DNA of 60,156 nucleotides. Origin: a virus. Below, in pieces: positions 41,335 through 50,414 of the stretch. A program made the position numbers and the translations under genes. Numbering within the stretch: position 1 is the stretch's first letter; every line of letters begins with the position of its first letter. The notes below the pieces were generated by a model. That model was not told where the DNA came from, did not search any database, and saw only the letters and a program-made list of their open reading frames with translations. Location: IMG/VR virus record IMGVR_UViG_3300010398_000003, positions 1 through 60,156 of that record. One strand, 5' to 3'.

Positions 41335-42828
41335 ATGGCGCTCAGCCCCCAGGACGAGCTGGCCGGCATCCCGCCGGAACATCAGGCCGCCTGGCTGGCG
41401 TCGCAGCCCGACTGGGCGATCCAGGACATGGTGCGTGGCGAATGGTGGTGGACCGGCCGGCCGGAGCAGCAACCACCCCCCGGTGACTGGTTCGTCTGGC
41501 TGCTGCTGTCCGGCCGGGGCTTCGGCAAGACCCGCACCGCCGCCGAGTGGCTGGTCGATCGGATGCTGCGGTATCCGGTGGATACGACTGGCTTCCGCAC
41601 CGAGTGGGGGCTGGTCGCCGAAGACCTCCCCGACGCGATGGCCATGTGCGTGCGCGGTCCGGCCGGTATCGCCAGGGTGCTGGAGCGCCGGCTGGGCCCG
41701 GAGAAGCGCCACGCCCGGGATGCCTCGGGGAAGTGGCGGATCGGCCAGGTCGAAGGCAAGCCGAAGATCTTCTTGGACGACGGCCAGATCGTGCACGTCG
41801 AAGGTGCCAAGGATGAGGACGTGGCGCGCGGGTTCAACTGGGCCGGCGCCTGGCTGGATGAGTTCGCGAAGTGGAAGCACCCTGACGGCTCCTGGGCGGA
41901 GGGCATCCTCCCGTCGCTTCGCCAGGACATCCCCGGCGACTACCCGCGCGTCATCGTGGCCACCACGCCGAAGCTGGTCGTCCAGCTGGTCGAGTGGCGG
42001 CGCACCACGGACGGCTCGGTGGCCCTCACCACCGGGTCTACCTACGACAATGCGGCCAACCTGTCCCCGAAGATGTTGGCCGCCTTCCACCGCAAGTACC
42101 ACGGCACCCGACTCGGGCGCCAGGAGCTACACGGCGAGCTGATCGAGGAGATCGAGGGCGCCCTGTGGCGCCTGGACTGGATCGAACGCTGGCGGGTCAA
42201 GAGCATCCCCGCCATGGTGCAGGTCGACATCGGCATGGACCCGGCCTCCACCGGAGTGGGCGACGAGACGGGCCTCATTGCCGCCGGGCGGGGCGTCGAT
42301 GGCATCGACTACGTGCTCGGTGACTGGTCGAAGCAGATCGCCGGCAACGCGGCGGCCCGGCGTGCCTGGGAGATGTACATCGCCTACGGGGCCAGCTGGC
42401 TGATCGTCGAGGACAACGTGGCCAAGAAGTGGCTGTGGGACGTACTGGCCAGGGCCTATGACGACATGCGCAAGGAGGGTCTGTTCCCGTCTGGCGGTTC
42501 GCCGCCGATCCGTACCGAGACGGCGAAGGTGGGCAAGAAGCTACGCGCGGAGCCGGTGGCCGCCCGGTACGAGCAGGGATTCAACAACAATAGTGGGCTG
42601 GTGCGGCACGCCGCGAAGCTGGGCGACCTGGAGACACAGATGGTCTCGTGGGTACCGCAGGAAGCCCCCGAGTCCCCGGACCGGGTGGATGCCCTCGTGT
42701 ACGCCATGCTCCACCTGGGCAAGCTGGATCGCCGGCACGCCGAGGCCGCCGACCCCGGCAAGGCCACCCTCCCGCGCACCGAGCTGTCGCCGCTCGCCAC
42801 CGCGCTCCCGGCGCCCTACGGGCGGTAG
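41335..42828 (+). CDS. terL: terminase large subunit
   Basis: 497 aa. Walker A-like LLLSGRGFGKTRTAAEW. Later WLDEFAKW (Walker B/coupling) and nuclease-half acidic motifs (IGMDPASTG, LIVEDNVAKKW). Located upstream of the portal gene. Confidence 0.9.
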   Translation: MALSPQDELAGIPPEHQAAWLASQPDWAIQDMVRGEWWWTGRPEQQPPPGDWFVWLLLSGRGFGKTRTAAEWLVDRMLRYPVDTTGFRTEWGLVAEDLPDAMAMCVRGPAGIARVLERRLGPEKRHARDASGKWRIGQVEGKPKIFLDDGQIVHVEGAKDEDVARGFNWAGAWLDEFAKWKHPDGSWAEGILPSLRQDIPGDYPRVIVATTPKLVVQLVEWRRTTDGSVALTTGSTYDNAANLSPKMLAAFHRKYHGTRLGRQELHGELIEEIEGALWRLDWIERWRVKSIPAMVQVDIGMDPASTGVGDETGLIAAGRGVDGIDYVLGDWSKQIAGNAAARRAWEMYIAYGASWLIVEDNVAKKWLWDVLARAYDDMRKEGLFPSGGSPPIRTETAKVGKKLRAEPVAARYEQGFNNNSGLVRHAAKLGDLETQMVSWVPQEAPESPDRVDALVYAMLHLGKLDRRHAEAADPGKATLPRTELSPLATALPAPYGR

Positions 42829-42944
42829 GCTCCGGGCAAGGCCCCGGCCGTCCCCCCCGTTCGGTCCGGACCGAAGTCGCCGGCCGCCTGCTCCCATCCA
42901 GGTGGCCGGCGCGCCACTGCTCAGCTGGTGATCCACCGCGTACC

Positions 42945-43400
42945 ATGCGAGCCATGCAGCCGTGGGTCGTCGCCGTGTACGCGCTCGCGGCGGCCCGCGT
43001 CGTCCGTTTCGTTGTCGCCGATGACCTCTCGGCCGGCCTACGCCTGAAGGTGATCAACCGGATCTATCTCTGGCGGCACCCATGGATCCGCGAGGGAGCC
43101 CGGCGGAAGGCCGACGCCACACGCGACAAGCTGGACGCGACGGCCGCACTCCGGGCCCAGGCATGGGTCCGCGCCTATGGCAACGAGGTGCGCGAGAGTC
43201 TGGTGCTGGCCCGCAACGGCGGCGATGAGCCAAAGCTGGTCACGCTGCTGACCTGCCCGTGGTGCGCGTCCATCTGGATCGGTGCCGCCGCCGCGCCGCT
43301 CGCCTGGTTCGTTGGCCGGTCGCCGTGGCTGCTGGTGCCGGCGTTGGCCCTCGCGTTCAGCTACGTCACGGGCTGGCTGGCCGGCCACGAGGGGAAGTGA
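42945..43400 (+). CDS. DUF1360-like membrane protein
   Basis: In-frame ATG 42945 (or 42954) of ORF 42648..43400. VVAVYALAAARVVRFVVADDL and CPWCASIWIGAAAAPLAW are typical DUF1360 helices. Confidence 0.6.
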   Translation: MRAMQPWVVAVYALAAARVVRFVVADDLSAGLRLKVINRIYLWRHPWIREGARRKADATRDKLDATAALRAQAWVRAYGNEVRESLVLARNGGDEPKLVTLLTCPWCASIWIGAAAAPLAWFVGRSPWLLVPALALAFSYVTGWLAGHEGK

Positions 43401-43403
43401 CGC

Positions 43404-45377
43404 GTGGCCCACCGCCGCCCCGCCGCCGTAGCGCCCGAGCCGAAGCAGGAGATCATCCTGTCCTCGGACACTCCACCGCGCTCCCTGGTCGCCGCTGCCG
43501 CCGCCATTAAGCTGGACGGGCCCAGCATCCAGCGGATGCGGGTCTACGACCAGGAGTGGCAGTCCGAGGCGTGGCGTCATTACGACATCTGCGGTGAGCT
43601 GCGATTCGTCGCCAACCGGCACGCCGCCGCCATGTCCAGGGCCAAGCTGTACGTGGCCGACGTGGACGAGAACGGCAACATCCTCGGGCCCTGCAAGGAC
43701 AAGGACGTGCAGGCGCTCGCGGCGGCTCCGTTCGGTAACCAGGCGGCCCGCGCCGAAGGCATCCGCAACATCGCCATCCAGGAGTACATCGCCGGGGAGT
43801 GCTACCTGGTGGCCCTCGGTGGGACCGCCAATGACGGCCAGCCGGACCCGGACAACGACAAGTGGTTCGTGGTCTCCCGGAAGGAGATCCGCAAGCAGGG
43901 CGGGTTCATACAGGTGAAGCAGCCGCTGAACCTGGGCGGTGAATGGGCCACCCTGACGCAGGGCCGCGACCTATTCATGCGGATCTGGATGCCGCACCCG
44001 CGCCTCACCGACGTGGCCGACTCGCCTACCCGCGCGGTACTCCCCACCCTGCGCGAGATTGAGCGGCTGACGATGCTGGCGTTTAGCCAGATCGACTCTC
44101 GGCTCATCTCCGCCGGCCTGCTCCTGCTGCCCGAGGGCATCGACTTCCCGAAGACCGACGATCAGAAGTCCGGCATCCAGGGCCTTATGGACATGATCCT
44201 GGAGGCGGCCCGCGCGCAGCTCCAGGGCGCCGGTACCGCCGCCGGCCTCGTTCCGATCATGGCCACGGTGCCGCTGGCCGGCGTCGAAGGACGCGGCTCT
44301 ATCGCGAACTCCTTCGCCCACATCAAGTTCGACACGCCGCTGACCGCCGAGATTGAGAAGAAGCTGGACCAGGCGATCCGTCGGCTGGCCCTCGGGCTCG
44401 ATGTGGCCCCGGAGGATCTGCTCGGACAGGGTGACGCGAACCACTGGGCCGGCTGGCAGATCGAAGAGTCCTCGATCAAGATGTTCATTGAGCCGGCGCT
44501 GGTCCGGCTCTGTGGGGCCCTGAACGAAGGCTACCTGAACGCGGCCGTCAAGTCGTTGGGCAAGGACCCGGCCCGGTACGCGTTCTGGTACGACGCGGCC
44601 GAGCTGGTGGTGCGGCCCAACCGTCAGGCCGACGCGGTCACCCTGTACGAGAACGAGGCGCTGTCCGGCGATGCTCTGCGGGCGGCCGGCGCGTGGGACC
44701 CGGCCGACAAGCCGAGCGCCAAGGAGGTGCTGGAGCGGCGCACCTGGGCTCTCGTCCAGCTGAACCCGGCGCTCATCGCCGACCCACAGATCGCCGAGAT
44801 CCTCGGCTTCCCCCAGGGCATCCAGGTCCCCGGCGGGATGGGCCAAGGGCCACCCGGTGCGAACCCATCCCCGGAGGAGCTGGCCGCCCAGGGCGACCAG
44901 AACGCGCTACCCGACGCCGGCCAGGACCAGCGGCAGCTCCCGACCCAGCCGACCGACCAGGAGAGCCCGGCCCAGAACTCGGTGACGGCGGCCGGCATCC
45001 CAGTGCGCCGGGTCGGTACCGCGTTCATCACCGTGCTGCCCGGCGCGGAACAGGCCGTCCTCGGCGCGCTGTCCCGGGCCGGCGCGCGGCTGCTGGACCG
45101 GTCGAACCGGGGCCAGTACGCGGACGTGCCGCATCACGACCTGCACACGCGGATCAAGGTGAAGGACAAGGAGCACGCGCGCCAGCTGGTCTCGGGCGCG
45201 TTCGCGCACGTCCCGGAGCTGGCCAACCACTTCCAGCTGGACTCAAGGCAGCTGGAAGAGTTGCTCTCCGGATATTGCGTCGAGCTGCTCGCCCAGGGCT
45301 ACCCGCACAGCGCGCCGCTGCTCGACACCCTCCTTGCCAAGGCCGCCCCGCGCCTACGGGAGCGGGTGCCCGCGTGA
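43404..45377 (+). CDS. portal protein
   Basis: 657-aa ORF directly downstream of terL and upstream of the MuF-like gene. Size, position and an acidic Gln/Pro-rich C-terminal part fit a portal. No single diagnostic motif was read. Confidence 0.8.
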   Translation: MAHRRPAAVAPEPKQEIILSSDTPPRSLVAAAAAIKLDGPSIQRMRVYDQEWQSEAWRHYDICGELRFVANRHAAAMSRAKLYVADVDENGNILGPCKDKDVQALAAAPFGNQAARAEGIRNIAIQEYIAGECYLVALGGTANDGQPDPDNDKWFVVSRKEIRKQGGFIQVKQPLNLGGEWATLTQGRDLFMRIWMPHPRLTDVADSPTRAVLPTLREIERLTMLAFSQIDSRLISAGLLLLPEGIDFPKTDDQKSGIQGLMDMILEAARAQLQGAGTAAGLVPIMATVPLAGVEGRGSIANSFAHIKFDTPLTAEIEKKLDQAIRRLALGLDVAPEDLLGQGDANHWAGWQIEESSIKMFIEPALVRLCGALNEGYLNAAVKSLGKDPARYAFWYDAAELVVRPNRQADAVTLYENEALSGDALRAAGAWDPADKPSAKEVLERRTWALVQLNPALIADPQIAEILGFPQGIQVPGGMGQGPPGANPSPEELAAQGDQNALPDAGQDQRQLPTQPTDQESPAQNSVTAAGIPVRRVGTAFITVLPGAEQAVLGALSRAGARLLDRSNRGQYADVPHHDLHTRIKVKDKEHARQLVSGAFAHVPELANHFQLDSRQLEELLSGYCVELLAQGYPHSAPLLDTLLAKAAPRLRERVPA

Positions 45378-46267
45378 CGCAGCCCCAGACGCAGCAACTC
45401 CCGGCCCAGCCTCAGGAGCATCCGGTCGCGGCCACCGTCACCACCGCCGTGGCGCTCGACGCGATCCGGCGCGGCCTGCCCGACCCGTTCCTGCCACTGC
45501 GATGGGCCCGGCTCGCTAGCGTCGTGCGGGCGGAACGGCGTGTGCTCGGCCAGTACCGCGCCGCGATCGCCGACTGGACGCCGGCCGTGGCCCGGCGTGT
45601 CGTCCAGCATGGTGCCATCGATCCGCATGCCGTCCGGTTCGCCGCCCGGGGATTCGAGACCGCCGCCCGGCCGATCGTAGAGATCGAGCTGCGCGAGGTG
45701 TTCGAGACTGCCTTTCGCGAGGCCAGCGAGGCCGACTGGACGCCGGACGCTGACGCCTACCTGAAGCGGTACCTGGACGGTGCCTGGAACCGGCTGCGCG
45801 CCACCCCTGACCGCGTCTACAGCCTGATCACGCGCGAGGTGGCAACCGCCAGCCGCAACGGAGACGACATGGACACTCTGGCCGCCAAGATCGATGGCTT
45901 GTTCGCCGAGCACGACGTACCTACCTGGACGAACCGGGGGCTCACCGTGGCCCGCACCGAGGCCATCTCCGCGCACAACGCCGGCAACTTCGCCTCCTAC
46001 GTGGCCATGGCGAAGCAGGACGGCGGCGCCTGGGACAAGGTCTGGCTCGCCACCGAAGACGAGCGGACGCGGCCCACGCACGTGCGCGCCGACCTCCAGC
46101 GGGTGCCACTGCACGCCCCGTTCACCGTCGGCGGATTCCCCGGCATGTTCCCCGGCGACCCGACGCTACCCGCCCGGGAAGTGATCAACTGCCGGTGCGC
46201 GCCGCTCGCGGTCCGGGCCGGCGAGAAGATCGACCTGTCGCACCGCCAGTTCAAGGAGGCCGCGTGA
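45374..46267 (+). CDS. MuF-like (SPP1 gp7 family) head morphogenesis protein
   Basis: GTG 45374 overlaps the portal stop. GLTVARTEAISAHNAGNF...ATEDERTRPTHVRADLQRVPL...VINCRCAP is the Phage_Mu_F signature. Confidence 0.85.
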   Translation: MTQPQTQQLPAQPQEHPVAATVTTAVALDAIRRGLPDPFLPLRWARLASVVRAERRVLGQYRAAIADWTPAVARRVVQHGAIDPHAVRFAARGFETAARPIVEIELREVFETAFREASEADWTPDADAYLKRYLDGAWNRLRATPDRVYSLITREVATASRNGDDMDTLAAKIDGLFAEHDVPTWTNRGLTVARTEAISAHNAGNFASYVAMAKQDGGAWDKVWLATEDERTRPTHVRADLQRVPLHAPFTVGGFPGMFPGDPTLPAREVINCRCAPLAVRAGEKIDLSHRQFKEAA

Positions 46268-49200
46268 CCGCGTCGCTTGACCTCTACGCGCTCACCGCGC
46301 ACACGCCGGAGGGGTCGCGGGTGGTACTCGACCTGTACGCGGTCGGGGCGCAGGCCGGCGCGCTGCTCGCTGCCACCGTCCCCGTCGTCCAGCTGGACGA
46401 GACCGACCTGTACGGGCTCGACGTCGACAACTGGCTGTACGGGCTCGTCCACTTCGAGCACCAGGGCTGCGAGACCGGTGAGTACTGCCGTAACCCCCTG
46501 CATCCGGGTCCCTGCAAGGGCTGGAAGCACATGCTGCACAGCGTGGCGCCCGGCGCGTACCACGCCTACGAGCAGCAGAGGGTCGCGAAGCTGAACGAGG
46601 CGCGCCAGGCTCGGATAGCGGAGCTGAAGGCCGCCGGCAAGGCGGTCCCGAAGCATCTGCTGAAGCCGATCACCTACCAGCAGGTGCCCACCGCGCCGGC
46701 CGGGATCCCGTTCAAGCCACCCACTCCGAAGGAAGCCGAGGCGGCCCTCCCGACTACCGCGAAGGAGATCGCCCAGAAGATCGCGATGAAGCATGCTGAC
46801 ATCGCAGCCGCCCAGGCCAAGGCGAAGAAGGCGCTCCCCGGCCAGGGCGCGGCGGGATTCGCCACTCCGAAGGATGTCGATACCTACCTGCACGACTTCG
46901 AAGCGGACCCCAACCTCGCGGCGATGCCGGCGCTGAGCAAGGCCGTGTACAGCAAAAAGCTAGCCCAGATTGTCGATGACCCCAAGGCCACGCCCGAGCA
47001 GGTGGCGAAGGCCAAAGCGATCCTGGAGAAGATGGGCGCACCGAAGGCTGCTCCGCCTGTCGGGTCGTCGGCCAGCAAGGCCGCGAAGCTTGCAGCCGGT
47101 CAGGCCGGCAGCGTGATGATGCATAATGCCAAGCTCGGGCCGCCTGACAAGCCGATCATCCAGGCCGCCCTGGAGGCGCTGCACGATCACTCGAAGACGC
47201 CGGCCGCGCGCCTGGCCGCGTATGGCAGCCTGGAGCCGAAGCACGTTCAGGCCCTACCGCCGGACGTGGCCGAGGGGATCAGGAAGGATCTTGAGCACCT
47301 GGCGGGTGGTGGGTCCCACCTGGGCGGTGCGTCTATCGGGGCTAAGGCGGCCGATATCCACGGCAAGCTGTTCCCGCCGACCGCCGGGCCGGCCGGGAAG
47401 GTGTCGGGACCGCTCGCGCATCCGGACATGATGGCTGTGTCTGACCTGGCCAAGATGCCTAACGTCAGCCCCGCCCAGTTGGCGAAGGCGTTGGAGAAGC
47501 CTGGGGTGTCGAAGACGGAGCTGGATAAGCTACCGAATCCCACCAAGTTCAAGATCATGGATGCCATCCAGGCGGCGTACCAGAAGGAGCCGGCAGGTAC
47601 ATCCGATGGCTCGACCCTGGCATATATGCACGCGAAGCTGTTCGGGGAGCTGCCGCCGGCCAAGCTGCCTGCTCAGCGGGTGCAGTCCTCGGTCTCTGGT
47701 GGTGAGCCACACCCGGACATGGCGCATGCGCTGGAGATGTTGGCGGATTACCCGTCCCTCACCAAGGGGATCAATGCCCTAGATAAGACCACTATCACGA
47801 AGGCCGAGTATGCCAAGCTGGCCCCCGAGGATCAGCAGCTGATCAAGGATTTCCTGGCTGAGCACATCGGTGATGCGCCGGCCAGCGTCGATCACCTCGC
47901 CTACAAGCTGGGTATCGATAAGCTTGACTTGATCACGCCGACGGGCGAGAAGCCCAAGGTGGGCGCGGCCCAGGCCGCTCTGGCGGCGATCGACGCTGGT
48001 AAGCCGATGCTATCCAAGATCAAGAAGATCACGCCAGCTGAGTACGAGGCCCTTTCGGGAGCCGACCAGAAGAAGATCCACGACGTGCTGAAGGAGGAAC
48101 ACGACGCGGGGCACCCGAAGGTCGCCGCCGAGATTGCGGCCGGGCTGGGCCCGAAGGCGGTCATGAACCACACGCTGGCCGTGACCGGGTACACGCCGAC
48201 GAAGCGGGCGGCCCCCGGTGAGCCACACCCCGCGCTCCTCGACGCCCTGTTGTCGCTGAAGTCGAACAGTTCCAAGTCGATGGCGCTCAGCCACCTGGAC
48301 GACCCAGGCGTGACGGCGGCGCAGTTCGATGCGCTGCCGGAGGATGACCGTCAGCAGATCATGGACTTCCTCCACGAGGCAGCCCAGGCTAAGGGGCCGG
48401 CGACCAAGGCGAAGGCGAAGACTGTCGCGGCGAAGCTCGGCATCTCGTTGGCCGGCGAGGAGCCGGTACACGAGCGACCGTCGTCAACCAAGGGCGCGGC
48501 CAAGGTGGGTGGCGACGAGCTACTCCCCGGTTCGCCGGCGCATGTGATAGCCGCCCACGCTCTGGCCACCGGACTGACCTACGGCACCGCAACGAAGAAG
48601 CTGGCCGCCTACGGCAAGCTGTCCGCCGAGGAGTTCCACTCCCTGCCCGAGAACGCCCAGAAGGCCATCGTCTCCGACCTGAAGCAGGCCCATGACAAGT
48701 TCCTGGACCCGAAGAAGAAGAACCAGGTGCTGAACCTGCTGGAGAAGCTGAAGACCTCCGAGGCGATCCTGGAGACCCCGTCCGGTGGCGTCACCCCGCA
48801 GGGGAAGATGATCGCCAAGGCGCACGCGGCGATCCTGCCGCTCCTCGGCAACATGGCCGCACCGGTCACTCAGCATGAGCTGGAGCAGAACTACAGCAGT
48901 CCCGGGGCCAGTCTGCCTGACGAGGCGATGGCCCTCGCCAACGCCTGGTACGCCCATCACGTCCTCGATGGCGGCGTCGGTACCGCGCTCAGCCCGGACG
49001 ATCACGCCAAGGTGCTCCAGAAGGCCGAGGACGAGATCCTGCACATGCTCCAGACGGGCACGACGAAGCCGCCCAGCGACGGCGTCCTGGAGAACGCCGA
49101 CATCGCCGACAAGAACCTGCACGGCGCCAATAAGGCGGCCATGAAGGCGTCCCTCCTGAAGCAGGCGGCGAACAAGCAGACTGGGGCCGGCGGTAGCAGC

Positions 49201-50238
49201 CACGGGGGCGGCACTGCCGCGAAGGTCGAGGAGGCGGCGAAGAGCGCCGGGGTGCCCAAGGCTGTCAAGGACGAGGTGCTGGGCGCATTCAAGATGCACA
49301 CCCAGGGTGCCCAGCTGAAGGACCCGCCCGAGCAGGCGTACCAGGCGCTGCTGAACGTGGCGGCGGCGGCCAGTAAGAAGCCGGGCTGGCCCGACCTGTC
49401 GCTGCGCCAGATCATGCAGATCATCGACGAGCAGCACGCCAAGAACCTGGGCGTCACGAATCAGGGCCTGCTCGAACAGAAGATGGTCACCTGGCTCGGC
49501 ACTGCCGAGGGCAAAGCGGCGGCTGCCAACATGAAGCCGGACGCTGCGACGGTCAAGAAGCTGACCGGCGGCGTCGAGCTGCCCAAGGGCGTCAAGCTGA
49601 AGGCCGGCCAGAAGGTTCAGAACGTTGGCGGTCCCGGCGGGTACAAGAAGACCGACGGGCCGTTCCATGGCTACACCTCGGACCAGGCCATCGCCGAGCG
49701 CGACGCCTACCAGGCGCAGACCGGTCAGAAGTGGACCAAGGCTCAGCACGACGCCCTGTATTCCTACACGTACGCATCCGGCTCGATGAACAACTACCTG
49801 CGCAACGAGGCCGGCGCAGACACCTCGACCAAACAGAAGATTATCGATGCCCAGTCGGCGATGCAGCCGCTCCAGCACGACCATCTGCTCGGGCGCGGCA
49901 CCGGGTGGAGCGCGGTGCCGCCCGAGTTCCGGGGCTGGCCCGAAGCGCAGGGAATGGTCGGTAAGACCATCTCCGACCCGGCGTTCCTGTCCACGTCGGT
50001 AACTGGATCGCATCACGGCTTTTCTGGCCACGTGGTGTGGATCATCGAAGCGCCCGCCGGCACGATGGGCGCGTTCGTGGATGATTTCAGCAAGTTCCAT
50101 GGAGAGGCGGAGATGCTGCTCGCCGCCGGGACCCAGCTGAAGATCCTGGGTGTCGAGCAGTACGGCGATGGCATCCGCGTCCGGGCGCGCGTCGTATCTG
50201 GCTCGAAGACGGCGATCTCGACGGGGAAGAAGATATGA
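46264..50238 (+). CDS. giant virion-module protein with C-terminal R-S-ExE ADP-ribosyltransferase domain
   Basis: GTG 46264 overlaps the MuF stop (GTGA). 1,324 aa. ART triad: LLGRG (Arg codon 49894-49896), FLSTS (49990-49998), GEAEM (50104-50112). The ART domain spans roughly 49672-50199. There are six degenerate internal repeats. Confidence 0.85.
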   Translation: MTASLDLYALTAHTPEGSRVVLDLYAVGAQAGALLAATVPVVQLDETDLYGLDVDNWLYGLVHFEHQGCETGEYCRNPLHPGPCKGWKHMLHSVAPGAYHAYEQQRVAKLNEARQARIAELKAAGKAVPKHLLKPITYQQVPTAPAGIPFKPPTPKEAEAALPTTAKEIAQKIAMKHADIAAAQAKAKKALPGQGAAGFATPKDVDTYLHDFEADPNLAAMPALSKAVYSKKLAQIVDDPKATPEQVAKAKAILEKMGAPKAAPPVGSSASKAAKLAAGQAGSVMMHNAKLGPPDKPIIQAALEALHDHSKTPAARLAAYGSLEPKHVQALPPDVAEGIRKDLEHLAGGGSHLGGASIGAKAADIHGKLFPPTAGPAGKVSGPLAHPDMMAVSDLAKMPNVSPAQLAKALEKPGVSKTELDKLPNPTKFKIMDAIQAAYQKEPAGTSDGSTLAYMHAKLFGELPPAKLPAQRVQSSVSGGEPHPDMAHALEMLADYPSLTKGINALDKTTITKAEYAKLAPEDQQLIKDFLAEHIGDAPASVDHLAYKLGIDKLDLITPTGEKPKVGAAQAALAAIDAGKPMLSKIKKITPAEYEALSGADQKKIHDVLKEEHDAGHPKVAAEIAAGLGPKAVMNHTLAVTGYTPTKRAAPGEPHPALLDALLSLKSNSSKSMALSHLDDPGVTAAQFDALPEDDRQQIMDFLHEAAQAKGPATKAKAKTVAAKLGISLAGEEPVHERPSSTKGAAKVGGDELLPGSPAHVIAAHALATGLTYGTATKKLAAYGKLSAEEFHSLPENAQKAIVSDLKQAHDKFLDPKKKNQVLNLLEKLKTSEAILETPSGGVTPQGKMIAKAHAAILPLLGNMAAPVTQHELEQNYSSPGASLPDEAMALANAWYAHHVLDGGVGTALSPDDHAKVLQKAEDEILHMLQTGTTKPPSDGVLENADIADKNLHGANKAAMKASLLKQAANKQTGAGGSSHGGGTAAKVEEAAKSAGVPKAVKDEVLGAFKMHTQGAQLKDPPEQAYQALLNVAAAASKKPGWPDLSLRQIMQIIDEQHAKNLGVTNQGLLEQKMVTWLGTAEGKAAAANMKPDAATVKKLTGGVELPKGVKLKAGQKVQNVGGPGGYKKTDGPFHGYTSDQAIAERDAYQAQTGQKWTKAQHDALYSYTYASGSMNNYLRNEAGADTSTKQKIIDAQSAMQPLQHDHLLGRGTGWSAVPPEFRGWPEAQGMVGKTISDPAFLSTSVTGSHHGFSGHVVWIIEAPAGTMGAFVDDFSKFHGEAEMLLAAGTQLKILGVEQYGDGIRVRARVVSGSKTAISTGKKI
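47140..48702 (+). repeat. six tandem degenerate protein repeats (84-104 aa units) inside the giant gene
   Basis: Each unit has (G)EPHPxxxxALxxL followed by (S/T)xxE(F/Y)xxLPxxxxxxIxxxLxxxH. Examples: TPAARLAAYGSLEPKHVQALPPDVAEGIRKDLEH, KKLAAYGKLSAEEFHSLPENAQKAIVSDLKQAH, ITKAEYAKLAPEDQQLIKDFLAEH, VTAAQFDALPEDDRQQIMDFLHE. Confidence 0.7.
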
Positions 50239-50414
50239 CCGATCAGCCGATGGGGACGCCGGAGAGCCCGGAGCCGCTCGACGAACCGCGCTTCCAGGTG
50301 GTGGACGACGTGCCGGACGCCGAGGAAGATCAGGGCATGACCGACCGGGAGGTCCAGGAGTTCCTGGACGCGCCCTGGTCGCAGCACCAGGCGAATGAGG
50401 GGACCGGGCCATGA
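50235..50414 (+). CDS. 59-aa acidic protein
   Basis: ATG 50235 overlaps the upstream stop, and its own stop overlaps ATG 50411 (ATGA at both ends). Sequence begins MTDQPMGTPESPEPLDEPRFQVVDDVPDAEEDQG. Below the ORF-track cut-off. Confidence 0.5.
   Translation: MTDQPMGTPESPEPLDEPRFQVVDDVPDAEEDQGMTDREVQEFLDAPWSQHQANEGTGP

Noticed and set aside
46195-46267. A -1 frameshift fusing the MuF-like protein to the ART protein
   Set aside because: The frame relationship is right (-1) and the overlap is open, but I find no slippery heptamer. GTGA termination-reinitiation coupling explains the arrangement.
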